This document shows, in pieces, positions 39,768-49,253 of a stretch of 64,000 bases of DNA. The stretch is from an uncultured Bdellovibrionales bacterium. Its GTDB lineage: Bacteria > Myxococcota > XYA12-FULL-58-9 > CAYXVF01. Position numbers and translations under genes: made by a program. The number at the start of each line of letters is the position of its first letter. Positions within the stretch are counted from its first letter, which is position 1. Below the pieces are notes generated by a model. The model was not told the origin of the DNA. It did no database searches and was given only the letters and a program-made list of their open reading frames with translations. The stretch spans positions 5,538-69,537 of the forward strand of contig CAYXVF010000016.1 of the NCBI GenBank assembly GCA_964468125.1, read 5' to 3'.

Positions 39768-41461
39768 GGCGGCTGGCGCATCTCTTCGAGGCCTTGGACC
39801 AGACGACCTCCACCAACGCGAAGGTCGATCACCTCGTCGATTACTTCTCCTCGACTCCCCCGGAAGACGCGGCTTGGACTGTTTTCTTTTTGACGGGCCG
39901 CCGCATGAAGCGACTGATCGGGTCGCGACAACTTCGCGCCTGGGTCGTTGGCGCCTGCGATTTGCCCGAGTGGCTCGTCAATGAATGTTACTCGGTGGTG
40001 GGGGACATCGCGGAGACGGTCGCTCTGCTGCTCGAGAACGACCGAGACACGGGCGAGGACGTGCCGCTCAACGCCTGGATGCGAGAGCGTATCGAGCCCT
40101 TGCGGCATCGGGATGAGCACTTTCAGCAGGAGTGCATCGTCGGTTGGTGGCGCGTACTCCCTACGCGAGAGATCTTCATCCTCAACAAGCTCCTCACCGG
40201 CGGTTTTCGCGTTGGGGTGTCGAAGACCCTCGTCGTGCGCGCCCTCGCGCGGGTGGCTTCGGTGGAACCTGCGACGGTTCAGCACCGTCTCATGGGACGC
40301 TGGACGCCGAGCGCGGAAGGTTTTTTGCGCATACTCTCTGACGACACGAGCGACGTCGATAGCTCGAAGCCCTATCCGTACTTCCTTGCCTCACCGCTGG
40401 AACGGGAGGTGGAAGAGTTGGGTCCCCGCGCGGACTGGGCGGCCGAGTGGAAGTGGGACGGAATTCGCTCGCAGCTGGTGGTCCGGGACGGGCAGGTTTT
40501 CTTCTGGTCCCGCGGCGAAGAGCTCGTCACCGAGCGCTATCCGGAGGTGAGCGAGGAACATGGCGTGCGGGACGGGACCGTGCTCGACGGCGAGATCCTC
40601 GCCTATCGTGACGGACCCCTGCCCTTCGCCGAGCTGCAGCGGCGAATCGGTCGCAAGACGGTCAGCGACGCCCTCTTGGATGATGTGCCCGTCGCCTTCA
40701 TGGCCTACGACGTGTTGGAGCACGAGGGACGTGACATTCGGGCAGAGCCGTTGAATGTCCGGCGCCGCGTCCTCGAATCGATCGTCGGGGCGTCGGGCCC
40801 GGCGATTGTGCTCTCGCCTCTGGTGGCAGGCGAGGGCTGGGAAGAGCTCGCGCGCCTCAGGGCCGAGTCGAGAGAGCGACGGGTGGAGGGCTTGATGCTC
40901 AAGCGCTGGAGCTCGCCCTACCGAGCAGGCCGAAAACGCGGCGACTGGTGGAAGTGGAAGATCGAGCCCTTCAGCATCGACGCGGTCATGGTCTACGCCC
41001 AGGCGGGACACGGGAAGCGAGCGAACCTCTACACGGACTACACCTTCGCAGTCTGGCAGGACGGCGAGCTGACCCCGGTGGCCAAAGCCTACTCGGGGCT
41101 CGACAACGAAGAGATCCGAAAGCTCGACCGCTGGATCCGAAAGAACACCGTCGAGAAGTTCGGTCCCGTCCGAAGCGTGACGCCCGCGCAGGTCTTCGAG
41201 ATCGCCTTCGAGGGGTTGCAGGCTTCGTCCCGCCACAAGTCCGGGGTGGCGCTGCGGTTTCCGCGTATCGCGCGCTGGCGTCAGGACAAGCGGATCGAAG
41301 AGGCGGACACGCTCGAGCAGCTCCAGGCGCTCTTGAAGATCGAGGGCGAGGCGGCGGTGGCCGCGAAGGGGAGGGAGGAGCTGCCGCGGACGGGCAAACG
41401 ACGTCGGCGAAAACCTCGAGGCCCAGAGCAGCTCGACCTGTTCCTGGAGGCCGAGCGTTGA
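39764..41461 (+). CDS. ATP-dependent DNA ligase (LigC-type, Lhr-associated)
   Basis: 565 aa. Adenylation motif I EWKWDGIR. OB-fold region. Start overlaps the exonuclease stop. Confidence 0.85.
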   Translation: MRRLAHLFEALDQTTSTNAKVDHLVDYFSSTPPEDAAWTVFFLTGRRMKRLIGSRQLRAWVVGACDLPEWLVNECYSVVGDIAETVALLLENDRDTGEDVPLNAWMRERIEPLRHRDEHFQQECIVGWWRVLPTREIFILNKLLTGGFRVGVSKTLVVRALARVASVEPATVQHRLMGRWTPSAEGFLRILSDDTSDVDSSKPYPYFLASPLEREVEELGPRADWAAEWKWDGIRSQLVVRDGQVFFWSRGEELVTERYPEVSEEHGVRDGTVLDGEILAYRDGPLPFAELQRRIGRKTVSDALLDDVPVAFMAYDVLEHEGRDIRAEPLNVRRRVLESIVGASGPAIVLSPLVAGEGWEELARLRAESRERRVEGLMLKRWSSPYRAGRKRGDWWKWKIEPFSIDAVMVYAQAGHGKRANLYTDYTFAVWQDGELTPVAKAYSGLDNEEIRKLDRWIRKNTVEKFGPVRSVTPAQVFEIAFEGLQASSRHKSGVALRFPRIARWRQDKRIEEADTLEQLQALLKIEGEAAVAAKGREELPRTGKRRRRKPRGPEQLDLFLEAER

Positions 41462-43962
41462 GCGGGAAGGAGGCACGTCGCGCGGCGATCCGCGCCCGGC
41501 TAAAGCGCAAGCCGACGCTGCCCGTGCGCGCGCCCGTCGCGAAGGACGGTCGAGCGGTCGTGGAGGGTTGGTTTCGGAGCCTTGGCTACGCCCCCCATCC
41601 CTTTCAAGTCGAGGCATGGGATGCTTTTGCGCGCGGTGAGAGCGGACTGATTCAGGTCCCCACGGGCTCCGGCAAGACCTACGCCGCCTATCTCGGCGCG
41701 CTCGCGGAGATCTTGGAGGCCGAAGAGGAGGGCCTGAAAATTCTCTACATCACGCCGCTGCGTGCGGTCACCCGTGACGTGGAGCTCGCCCTCCGACGGC
41801 CCGTGGAGGAGCTCGAGCTTCCCTTGCGCGTCGAGTCTCGCACCGGCGATACGAGCCAATCGACGCGCGCGCGCCAGAAGATGCGCATGCCTGACGTGCT
41901 CGTCACTACGCCGGAGTCGCTCGCTCTGCTCCTGACCTACGGGGACGGGGTGGAGCGCTTCTCCGCGCTGCGAGCGGTGATTGTCGATGAGTGGCATGAG
42001 CTCCTCGCAACCAAGCGCGGCGCCTTACTCGAGCTGTCGCTCTCACGGGTGCGGGCGCACGCTCCCCGGGTTCAGACCTGGGCGCTCTCGGCTACACTCC
42101 GAAATCTCGAGGAAGCGGCGCAGGCCGCGGTGGGTATGGGCCTCGAGCCGCGGGTGATCCGCGGGCGGATCGAGCGCCCGATCGACGTGCAGACCCTCCT
42201 CCCTGACGATCGCGAACGCCTGCCGTGGGCCGGGCATCTGGGTCTGAGCATGCTCGACGTCGTCCTCGATTATCTGGACCCGGAGCACCCGACGCTCCTG
42301 TTCACGAACGTGCGTTCCCAGGCCGAGCGTTGGTACCAAGCGATCGTCGAAGCGCGACCCGAGTGGTCCGAGCTGCTGGCCCTGCACCACGGCTCCCTCG
42401 ACCGGGAGGAGCGCGAGCGCGTGGAGGAGGGTCTGAAGTGCGGCGCGCTTCGCATTGTCGTGTGTACGAGCTCCCTCGACCTCGGCGTCGACTTCGCACC
42501 CATCGAGCGCACGATTCAGCTCGGCTCGATCAAAGGGGTGGCCCGAATCCTTCAGCGCGCGGGGCGCAGCGCTCACCGCCCCGGCGCTACGGCCCGTGTC
42601 GCTTGCGTCCCGACCCATGCGTTTGAGCTGATTGAAGTCGCCGCGGCGAAGATGGCGATCGCGCTCGGTGAAATCGAGGGGCGAAAGCCTCAGAACAAGC
42701 CACTCGATGTCCTGGCCCAACATCTCGTGACCTGCGCGCTCGGCGGAGGATTCACCCGTGAGTCGATCACTGAGGAGGTCCGGAGTGCCTATGGGTTTCG
42801 TACGCTCACGGACGAAGAGCTCGAGTGGACCCTCGAGCTCGTGACCGTTGGCGGACCCACGCTTAGGGCCTATGAGGAGTATCAGCGGGTCCGCGTGTAC
42901 GAGGATCGCTATCTCGCCCGCGACAAGAAGGTTGCAACCAGCCACCGACTCTCCATCGGAACCATCGTTGCCGACGCTGCCATTCAGTTGCGTTACAAGA
43001 GCGGTCGGGTGATCGGAACGATCGAAGAGAACTTCATCGCCAAGCTGAATCCGGGTGAGAAGTTCCTCTTTGCTGGAAAAGCGCTCGAGCTCTTGGAGCT
43101 GAAGAACCTCGACGCCTATGTGAAGACTGCTCGAGGGCAGGTCACTTTCACGCCCCGGTGGGCGGGGGGGCGCTTGCCGTTGTCCGACACGTTGTCGTTC
43201 TCCGTCCGTCGGGCGCTCGACGAGGCCTCTAGAGGTGGCTTCGAGGGCGTGGAAATGGACCGTGCGCGGGAGCTGCTCGAGACGCAAGCTCGACACTCGC
43301 ACGTACCGCGCTTGAACGAGGTGCTCTTCGAGGTCTGCCGCACGCGCGAAGGTCAGCATCTCTTCGTCTTTCCTTTCGACGGGCGGGCGGTGCACGAAGG
43401 CCTGGCGGCGGTGTTGGCGCTTCGGCTCGGGCGCGAAGCGCCCGGAACCTTCTCCATCGCGGTGAATGACTACGGATTGGAGCTCCTCCACCCGGACGAG
43501 TACGACTACTCGAGCCGACTCACGGACGCCCTTTTTGACCCGGAGACGCTCGCGGAGGATGCACTACAGAGCATGAACGTGAGCCAGCTCGCGAAGCGTC
43601 AGTTTCGTGAGATCGCCCGCGTTGCGGGTCTCATCGTTCAGCCCTACCCCGGGGCGCGGCGCAGCTTGAAGCAGCTACAGGCGAGCAGCTCGTTGATTTA
43701 CGACGTGTTCGAGCGCTACGACCCTGAGAATCTGCTTCTGGCCCAGGCGCGTCGCGAGGTGCTCGAGCACTACTTCGAGCAGAGCCGTCTGGGCGAGACG
43801 CTGCGCCGACTTCGGAGCGATTCGCGGGTGGTACGCGAGGTCCAGCACCCGACGCCGCTCGGTTTGCCGCTCGTGATCGAACGCGTGCGCAACCAGCTCT
43901 CCACCGAATCCATCGAGGACCGGATCGCGCGCATGAAGCGCCAGTGGGCGGAGATCGCTTGA
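41458..43962 (+). CDS. Ligase-associated DNA damage response DEXH-box helicase (Lhr-like)
   Basis: TTG 41458 overlapping the ligase TGA (alternative GTG at about 41524). Walker A PTGSGKT, DEWH box, helicase C motifs (QRAGRSAHRPG). About 830 aa. Confidence 0.8.
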   Translation: MSGKEARRAAIRARLKRKPTLPVRAPVAKDGRAVVEGWFRSLGYAPHPFQVEAWDAFARGESGLIQVPTGSGKTYAAYLGALAEILEAEEEGLKILYITPLRAVTRDVELALRRPVEELELPLRVESRTGDTSQSTRARQKMRMPDVLVTTPESLALLLTYGDGVERFSALRAVIVDEWHELLATKRGALLELSLSRVRAHAPRVQTWALSATLRNLEEAAQAAVGMGLEPRVIRGRIERPIDVQTLLPDDRERLPWAGHLGLSMLDVVLDYLDPEHPTLLFTNVRSQAERWYQAIVEARPEWSELLALHHGSLDREERERVEEGLKCGALRIVVCTSSLDLGVDFAPIERTIQLGSIKGVARILQRAGRSAHRPGATARVACVPTHAFELIEVAAAKMAIALGEIEGRKPQNKPLDVLAQHLVTCALGGGFTRESITEEVRSAYGFRTLTDEELEWTLELVTVGGPTLRAYEEYQRVRVYEDRYLARDKKVATSHRLSIGTIVADAAIQLRYKSGRVIGTIEENFIAKLNPGEKFLFAGKALELLELKNLDAYVKTARGQVTFTPRWAGGRLPLSDTLSFSVRRALDEASRGGFEGVEMDRARELLETQARHSHVPRLNEVLFEVCRTREGQHLFVFPFDGRAVHEGLAAVLALRLGREAPGTFSIAVNDYGLELLHPDEYDYSSRLTDALFDPETLAEDALQSMNVSQLAKRQFREIARVAGLIVQPYPGARRSLKQLQASSSLIYDVFERYDPENLLLAQARREVLEHYFEQSRLGETLRRLRSDSRVVREVQHPTPLGLPLVIERVRNQLSTESIEDRIARMKRQWAEIA

Positions 43963-44054
43963 TCTCCACATTCTGGGGCGACCGTCGCTTCGCTGCTCCT
44001 CGTGATCGGCCTCATCAGCGTCGGCTCGGGAGTGAGCTCTGCGCCGACAGCGAT

Positions 44055-46100
44055 CTAGAATGCAGCACTCAGCGTCAGCCGAGCACTGAGCGGCGGCCCG
44101 GGGGCCACGTGCGCACTCGGCAACGCGCTCCCCGAGGTCGGCCAACGGCTCGGAAACTGATAGGCGCCTTCGTAGTTTGCTTGATTCAGCAGATTGTCCG
44201 CTGCCGCCTCGACACGATACCGCCCCCAGTCATAGCCGGCGACCGCGCTCGTGATCCAAAGCCAGTCGCTTTGGCCGCCAAACGGGAGATTCCGCGGCCC
44301 GACGGTTACCGCATGTAGTCCGCCGAAGAAGCCACCCAGCGGCCGGACGATCGCGTGGGCGCCGGCGACGAGTGAGGGTGCGAGCGGTACCGGGTCGTTG
44401 GATTCGCGCAGGCGAGCGCGCACCCAAGTGACGTCCGCCCGCAGCTCAATCGCTGCGCTCACCCGCCAGAGCGTCGCGAGCTCGACACCGAGCCGCTCGG
44501 TTGCCCCGAGCTCGACACTCGCCCCGGACACGTGGTCGAAGATCGACTCTCGCTCGATGAATGTAGCAAAGCCGGCCGCGGAGAGCTCGAGGGGGCCGAA
44601 GGTGAGTCGCGAGCCAACCTCCACCGCGTCGTTGACTGTCGGCTCCGCCCGAGGTGCGGTGGCGTCGTCAAAGCCGAGCTCGTCTCGCGCGATCCCCGCA
44701 AATGCGGCCAGCTCGGGCGGCCGAAGCCCGCGTCCGTAGGCGGCAAAGAGCTCGACGAACGTCCCCGGTCGATAACGCACTGACGCCCGCGGCGACACGA
44801 CCACACGGGTTCCGTTACCGCGCCGCCCTTCGAGTCGGTCCTCGACCTTTGTCACCGTGGCGCCATCGACGCGACCGCCGAAATCGACCCGGAGCGCGCG
44901 ATTCGGAGCATAACGAAACGAAGCGCCGGAGTGCCACGCCACCTGGGTGCCAGCGAGGTTGCGATTCTCTGCGAGACGCTCACCGTTCAGGCCGACTTGC
45001 CACTCATTCTGCGCCACTCGCTCGGACCGTGCCGAGCCGTTTACGAGCACCGCCCATGCTTCATCCAGCTCGTGAAGGTGATCCAATGAAAAACCGAGCA
45101 TCACACTCTCATGGCGCTGCTCCAGGGCATCGCCATTCACGGGGTCGTCGAGAAATCCCGTGAAATTCTCGAGCAGCGAAAGATTGCGCGCCATGGCGTA
45201 GAGCTGTGCCTCGGTGTTCGCACCAGCGTCGCGTCGGTCATAGTTCAGACTCAACAAGGCGCGCCGGCTTTCGCCGCCCCAACGCTCGTCGCCGTAGCTG
45301 TCGCGCAGCGCAATGCGTTCGGCCTCGACGTCTTCTAGTCGAACGATGCCCGGGAGCTCAAATCGAGCTGCGTTCGCCGCGACGAGCAAATCGAGCTGCG
45401 ATGCACCACTGGAATACAAGCGCGCGCGTCCCGTGGCCCCCGCACGTCGGGCGGCGCGCCGCTCTCCGAAACCCGCGTCCGTCATCACTTCGGCGGTCAA
45501 GAAGGTGGGGTCGTCGACCGCGAGGGGGGCGTAGCTGACGAGCAAACGGTGACGGTTGGTCGTACCCGCGGTGTACCACCCGCGCACCCCGCGATTGCGG
45601 GCCGAGACGCCGAGGGAGTAGCCAATCGAGCCCGCGACCGCGAATGGACCTTGAGCGATGCTGAAGGGTCCCTTCGTGACCTCGACCTCGGAAATGATCT
45701 CCGGCGGAATGAGCGACAATTCGATGTAGCCCGTCGCGTGCACATTCGACCACTCGTTGAACGGAACCCCCGCGACCCGCGCCTCGATGTCGGCGCCGTG
45801 CAACGCATCAAAGCCACGAACGAAGAACTGGTAGCCTTTGCCTTCCGACCCATGCTGGACCAACACGAATCCCGGCACGAGCCGAATCGCGTCGTCGGCG
45901 GTGCGCAGTGACGCGGTCGCGAGCTCTTCGTCGTGCAAGCGAACGGTCGAGGCGGTTTCGGGGACGGGCTGCTTCACCTCGACGCGCACCGTCGTCTCGA
46001 ACCCCTCGAAGTCCTCGAAGTTGTTCGTCGGCGGGTCGTCGGCGGTCGCCGCCGGTGCGACGACCGCCCAGGTGAGCAGAAAAAACGGGCTCATGGCCAC
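44055..46100 (-). CDS. TonB-dependent receptor
   Basis: 681 aa. Signal peptide. Plug region. Terminal ...LTLSAAF (C-terminal Phe). Confidence 0.7.
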   Translation of the reverse strand: MAMSPFFLLTWAVVAPAATADDPPTNNFEDFEGFETTVRVEVKQPVPETASTVRLHDEELATASLRTADDAIRLVPGFVLVQHGSEGKGYQFFVRGFDALHGADIEARVAGVPFNEWSNVHATGYIELSLIPPEIISEVEVTKGPFSIAQGPFAVAGSIGYSLGVSARNRGVRGWYTAGTTNRHRLLVSYAPLAVDDPTFLTAEVMTDAGFGERRAARRAGATGRARLYSSGASQLDLLVAANAARFELPGIVRLEDVEAERIALRDSYGDERWGGESRRALLSLNYDRRDAGANTEAQLYAMARNLSLLENFTGFLDDPVNGDALEQRHESVMLGFSLDHLHELDEAWAVLVNGSARSERVAQNEWQVGLNGERLAENRNLAGTQVAWHSGASFRYAPNRALRVDFGGRVDGATVTKVEDRLEGRRGNGTRVVVSPRASVRYRPGTFVELFAAYGRGLRPPELAAFAGIARDELGFDDATAPRAEPTVNDAVEVGSRLTFGPLELSAAGFATFIERESIFDHVSGASVELGATERLGVELATLWRVSAAIELRADVTWVRARLRESNDPVPLAPSLVAGAHAIVRPLGGFFGGLHAVTVGPRNLPFGGQSDWLWITSAVAGYDWGRYRVEAAADNLLNQANYEGAYQFPSRWPTSGSALPSAHVAPGPPLSARLTLSAAF

Positions 46101-46814
46101 TCAGTTAGCGTCGCAATGACCTTCACCATCGACGTGTCCGAGATTCCCAACCAGAGCAGTGAGGTATGCCCACATGTCGTTGGCGCCGCTGTTGCCGGGG
46201 TCGTAGGCACCGACGTCGGCGGCCGCGAGCTCAGCTTCGGTGATCACCCCGTCCGAATCCCCATCCGCGTTGGCGATGGGGTCGAAGAAGAGCGATGGCT
46301 CCTCGGCGACCAGGCTGTCGTAGAGGAGGTGGTCCGCGTGCACGGTGATTTGAAACGTTGCCGTGCCACCTCCCTCCACCACCGTGGTGGTCTCGCAGTT
46401 GCTGTAGGTCACGCGTGCGGGAAAGCGCCAGTCGAAGGACTTGGTCACGCCCTGCCGCTCCGCGGTTCCAATGACGTGAATGCCGCCCAGGACGTAGCGC
46501 GGGGCGTTGAACTCGCCCGCCTCGACCGAGCCTCGCGACAATTCGTGCCCGGCCCCGTCGCTCGCCACCGCGAGCTCGACCGTTCCGAGGTCCGAGAACA
46601 CCCGGCCGGCCACCTCGACCTCTTCCACCTCGACCTCAAAGCTCGAGAAATCGACCGACCAGCCATCGCCGACCTCGCTGGCGGCAATGCCGAGCTCGAT
46701 GAAGTCCTCGCCGTAGGCGGTCACCACGACCTCGCCTTCACTGTCGCCGCAGGCAGCCACGCTCGCGAGAGCCAGGCCCAGCGCCAAGGGTATGATTTTC
46801 CGTTTCACGTTCAC
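46101..46814 (-). CDS. Lipoprotein with EF-hand-like Ca-binding loop
   Basis: 237 aa. Lipobox LASVAAC|G. DGDSDGVITEAE (aa 184-195, coordinates about 46230-46265) matches the canonical 12-residue EF-hand loop. C-terminal GHVDGEGHC. Its stop abuts the receptor start. Confidence 0.5.
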   Translation of the reverse strand: MNVKRKIIPLALGLALASVAACGDSEGEVVVTAYGEDFIELGIAASEVGDGWSVDFSSFEVEVEEVEVAGRVFSDLGTVELAVASDGAGHELSRGSVEAGEFNAPRYVLGGIHVIGTAERQGVTKSFDWRFPARVTYSNCETTTVVEGGGTATFQITVHADHLLYDSLVAEEPSLFFDPIANADGDSDGVITEAELAAADVGAYDPGNSGANDMWAYLTALVGNLGHVDGEGHCDAN

Positions 46815-47584
46815 TCCTCCAAAATCATCTCGAAATAGTCGTGCGACAGCAGACGCCGCTGCACGGTGTAGAAAGACACGACGACCGCCGGCGTTGCGGC
46901 GGTCTCTTCCAAGACCAAGGGATCGGGCATCGCACCGAAGTCGACGCCGTCAAACAGGTGCCGCTCGGGGCGGAACGGCTCGGTGGTGGAAAAGCGAAGC
47001 ACGACCCGTCGCGCCCCGCTCTCCGCCACCTCGACCTCGAAGGGCACCCCGACGAGCTTGCGGTCCGCGGGAGCCACCACGTGCACCTCGAAGGGCACGC
47101 TCTGGCCATCACGGGTCGCGCGTCCACGGAGGTGGATCGAAAGCCCGAGACGCGCGTCGTCGCCGGCTAGCCCGTCTTCCGTCCCGAAGGTGGAAAACGT
47201 GACGTCCAGGGCGTCGTACGTCGTCGCGAGCAGGACCGCTTCGCCGATCGACTCCTCCGCCAGGAAATCCACGACGAAGCGACCCGGCAGCACGCCGAGC
47301 GTATCGCCGCTCTGCACGTGACCGGGATGTGCGTGTGCGCTCGGCACGAGCCAATCGCTGACCTGTTCGAGCCACGCCGTCTCGCGCGCCCCGTAGCTCA
47401 GAAACTCGAAGTCACTGAAGCTCATCGTCACCGCTTCGAGCTCGACATTGAACCCGAGATCGGTCGATGCGACCGAGTTCAGCAATTCGGCCTGCACCGG
47501 TACGGTCACCTCGGCGACGTCCGAGCCGCCCCCGCACGCGCACGAAAGCACGGCGAGGAAGGCGGCATGCCTTCCCTTCTTCAT
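46811..47584 (-). CDS. Lipoprotein (His-containing, unknown function)
   Basis: GGAGA ribosome-binding site then ATG 47584. Lipobox VLSCAC|G. HAHPGH motif. Stop overlaps the downstream lipoprotein start. Confidence 0.5.
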   Translation of the reverse strand: MKKGRHAAFLAVLSCACGGGSDVAEVTVPVQAELLNSVASTDLGFNVELEAVTMSFSDFEFLSYGARETAWLEQVSDWLVPSAHAHPGHVQSGDTLGVLPGRFVVDFLAEESIGEAVLLATTYDALDVTFSTFGTEDGLAGDDARLGLSIHLRGRATRDGQSVPFEVHVVAPADRKLVGVPFEVEVAESGARRVVLRFSTTEPFRPERHLFDGVDFGAMPDPLVLEETAATPAVVVSFYTVQRRLLSHDYFEMILEE

Positions 47585-47780
47585 CGCAATTCTCCACCGG
47601 GCCCCATTCAAAGCCTCGCCAGAGCGTGCGCACCATCACGCACGAAGCCGAGGACCTTCGATCGGGCCTATGAGTGTCTAGGCAGATGCAGACGCGCCTG
47701 CGTCAATGAGACGCGGCCGCTCTGAGGATCGCGCGAGCAGTCGAAGACTCGTCCTGCGGGAGGGGCGATTAACGCTCTCA

Positions 47781-48374
47781 TCAGGAGAAACCAATCGTCC
47801 GCGGCAACCCTCTAAGGCCATAGGAGGCGGGCGGCGCGCGCGGCGCAGTCGCCAAGTCGAGCTCAAACGGAGGTGCCGACCGAGCCACCGGCCGCGGCGG
47901 TTCGGCGAGCAGGGTCGCGATGCCGGCCTCGTGAACGAACGGCGCGGCCGTGAAGCTGAGAAGCGTGAAGTGGCTGGTGCTGTCGCCGGTATGACCGGTG
48001 GACGAGCGCTCGTCCGTCTCAGGCGCGTCGTGCTCGGGGTGCGCTTCCCGGTCGGTGTCCGTCGGCGCGGGCGGGGCGGCTCGTTGCTCCGGCCTCGGCT
48101 CGGAAGCGGGGAGCGTGGCGGAGTTGCGACCCGCGTCCGGTTGGTGGTCGCGCGGCGCCGCGTTTCGATGCGCGGGCGGCGGCTCGTGCGAATCGGCGGG
48201 CGGTGGCGCCTCTCGGTGATACACCACGCGCCCATCCGGGAGGTGGGTATGCCGGCCCTGCAGCGCGTGGGTCAGCACGTGCGCGAGCGGGCTTGCCACC
48301 AGGTGGCCCGCGCCGAAAGCCGCCGCAAGCGCAAATAAAAAGCCTAGACGGCGCGTCGAGGGTCGTCGTGTCAT
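47781..48374 (-). CDS. Possible His/Pro-rich low-complexity secreted protein
   Basis: 197 aa. N-terminal hydrophobic segment (LGFLFALAAAFGAGHLVA). High third-position GC in this frame. Overlapping plus-strand ORFs are Arg-rich shadow frames. Low confidence. Confidence 0.3.
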   Translation of the reverse strand: MTRRPSTRRLGFLFALAAAFGAGHLVASPLAHVLTHALQGRHTHLPDGRVVYHREAPPPADSHEPPPAHRNAAPRDHQPDAGRNSATLPASEPRPEQRAAPPAPTDTDREAHPEHDAPETDERSSTGHTGDSTSHFTLLSFTAAPFVHEAGIATLLAEPPRPVARSAPPFELDLATAPRAPPASYGLRGLPRTIGFS

Positions 48375-48484
48375 CCCGCAAGAATGGGAATAACTCGGGC
48401 AGCCTCATCACGACAAGCGCTCTCGTCGCCGCGCCTGATCTCGGTCAAGTCTACTGGATAGAAGGCGTGCGGGCGGGAAACCGC

Positions 48485-48512
48485 GAAAGGGGGAGCTATG
48501 CGGCATCCGAAG
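48485..48512. repeat. 28-bp direct repeat, copy A (gaaagggggagctatgcGgcatccgaag)
   Basis: Matches 49256-49283 at 27/28 positions. Contains GGGGGAG and ATG (48498). Confidence 0.85.
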
Positions 48513-48956
48513 TCACTCTTCGAGCTCTTCGACGTCCGCTGCGTCTTTGGTTCGGCCAGTCGCCTTTTTGTTGCGAAGGAGCTCCGACCGCCCGAGGAAC
48601 CGCACGGGGATTCCGTCGAGCACGCCTGCTTCACTTCCGTTGATGGCATCGTCGAAGGACACCGCGGTGATTCCGGTGAGCAGGTCGATTCTCTGGGGGG
48701 GCAGACCGAGCTGAATGATCTGGTCGGGCTTTTCGAAGTCTTCCGCGGTGAGGCCCGTCTCCTCAAACCCGAAGGCGCTCAGTACGTCGACGATCTTCCG
48801 GCCACTCTCGGCCGTTGGCCGCACAAAAAAATCGATATCGCCCGTGTAGCGGGGGTAGCCGTGGTAGGCGACCGCGTGGGCGCCGACGATGACGTACTCA
48901 ACGCCGGCCGAGTTCAACAACTCGACAAACTCGCGCAAATCCTTGCTGAGCTTCAT
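48513..48956 (-). CDS. Pol-beta-superfamily nucleotidyltransferase (AbiEii/MNT-like small NTase)
   Basis: 147 aa. NTase motif hG...GDIDFFV (VGAHAVAYHGYPRYTGDIDFFV). C-terminal K..D..D..L (RTKDAADVEELEE). Stop codon (48513-48515) immediately abuts repeat copy A. Confidence 0.65.
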   Translation of the reverse strand: MKLSKDLREFVELLNSAGVEYVIVGAHAVAYHGYPRYTGDIDFFVRPTAESGRKIVDVLSAFGFEETGLTAEDFEKPDQIIQLGLPPQRIDLLTGITAVSFDDAINGSEAGVLDGIPVRFLGRSELLRNKKATGRTKDAADVEELEE

Positions 48957-49089
48957 CGTCCTGTCCGCGATGGCTGGCGACCAGCTCGAGCAAAATGTCG
49001 AGCCGTTGCACCGGGGTCAGCGACCGATAGTACCGTCGGTCGGCGCGTCTGGCCAGGTCGTGGCTGGAAAAGACCTGAATACGGCGCAT
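48898..49089 (-). CDS. Small partner ORF of the NTase cassette (possible antitoxin-like protein)
   Basis: 63 aa (MRRIQVFSSHDLARRADRRYYRSLTPVQRLDILLELVASH...). 3' end overlaps the NTase start by about 59 nt. Helical and charged. No recognised motif. Confidence 0.35.
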   Translation of the reverse strand: MRRIQVFSSHDLARRADRRYYRSLTPVQRLDILLELVASHRGQDDEAQQGFARVCRVVELGRR

Positions 49090-49253
49090 GGCTCCACAAT
49101 AAGCGGACGCGGCCCATCGAGCAAACGAACCGCTCGCCGGGCCGTGAGCGGGCGCATCGGCTCCACACGCCACGTGATCCAGATCAGGCGGACCCGTGAC
49201 CTGGGCATTGGAGAACAACCCCCCTCTTCGGCGACCTAGAAGGGCCGCGAGCC

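Noticed and set aside
47706-48338. 210-aa plus-strand ORF (MRRGRSEDRASS...)
   Set aside because: About 30% Arg, no hydrophobic core. Shadow of the more protein-like minus-strand ORF 47781-48374 (itself low confidence).
48498-49199. 233-aa plus-strand ORF starting at the ATG inside direct-repeat copy A
   Set aside because: Apart from its first codons (copied from the hemY start) it is antisense to the nucleotidyltransferase gene, which has clear NTase motifs. Interpreted as a shadow ORF created by the duplication.
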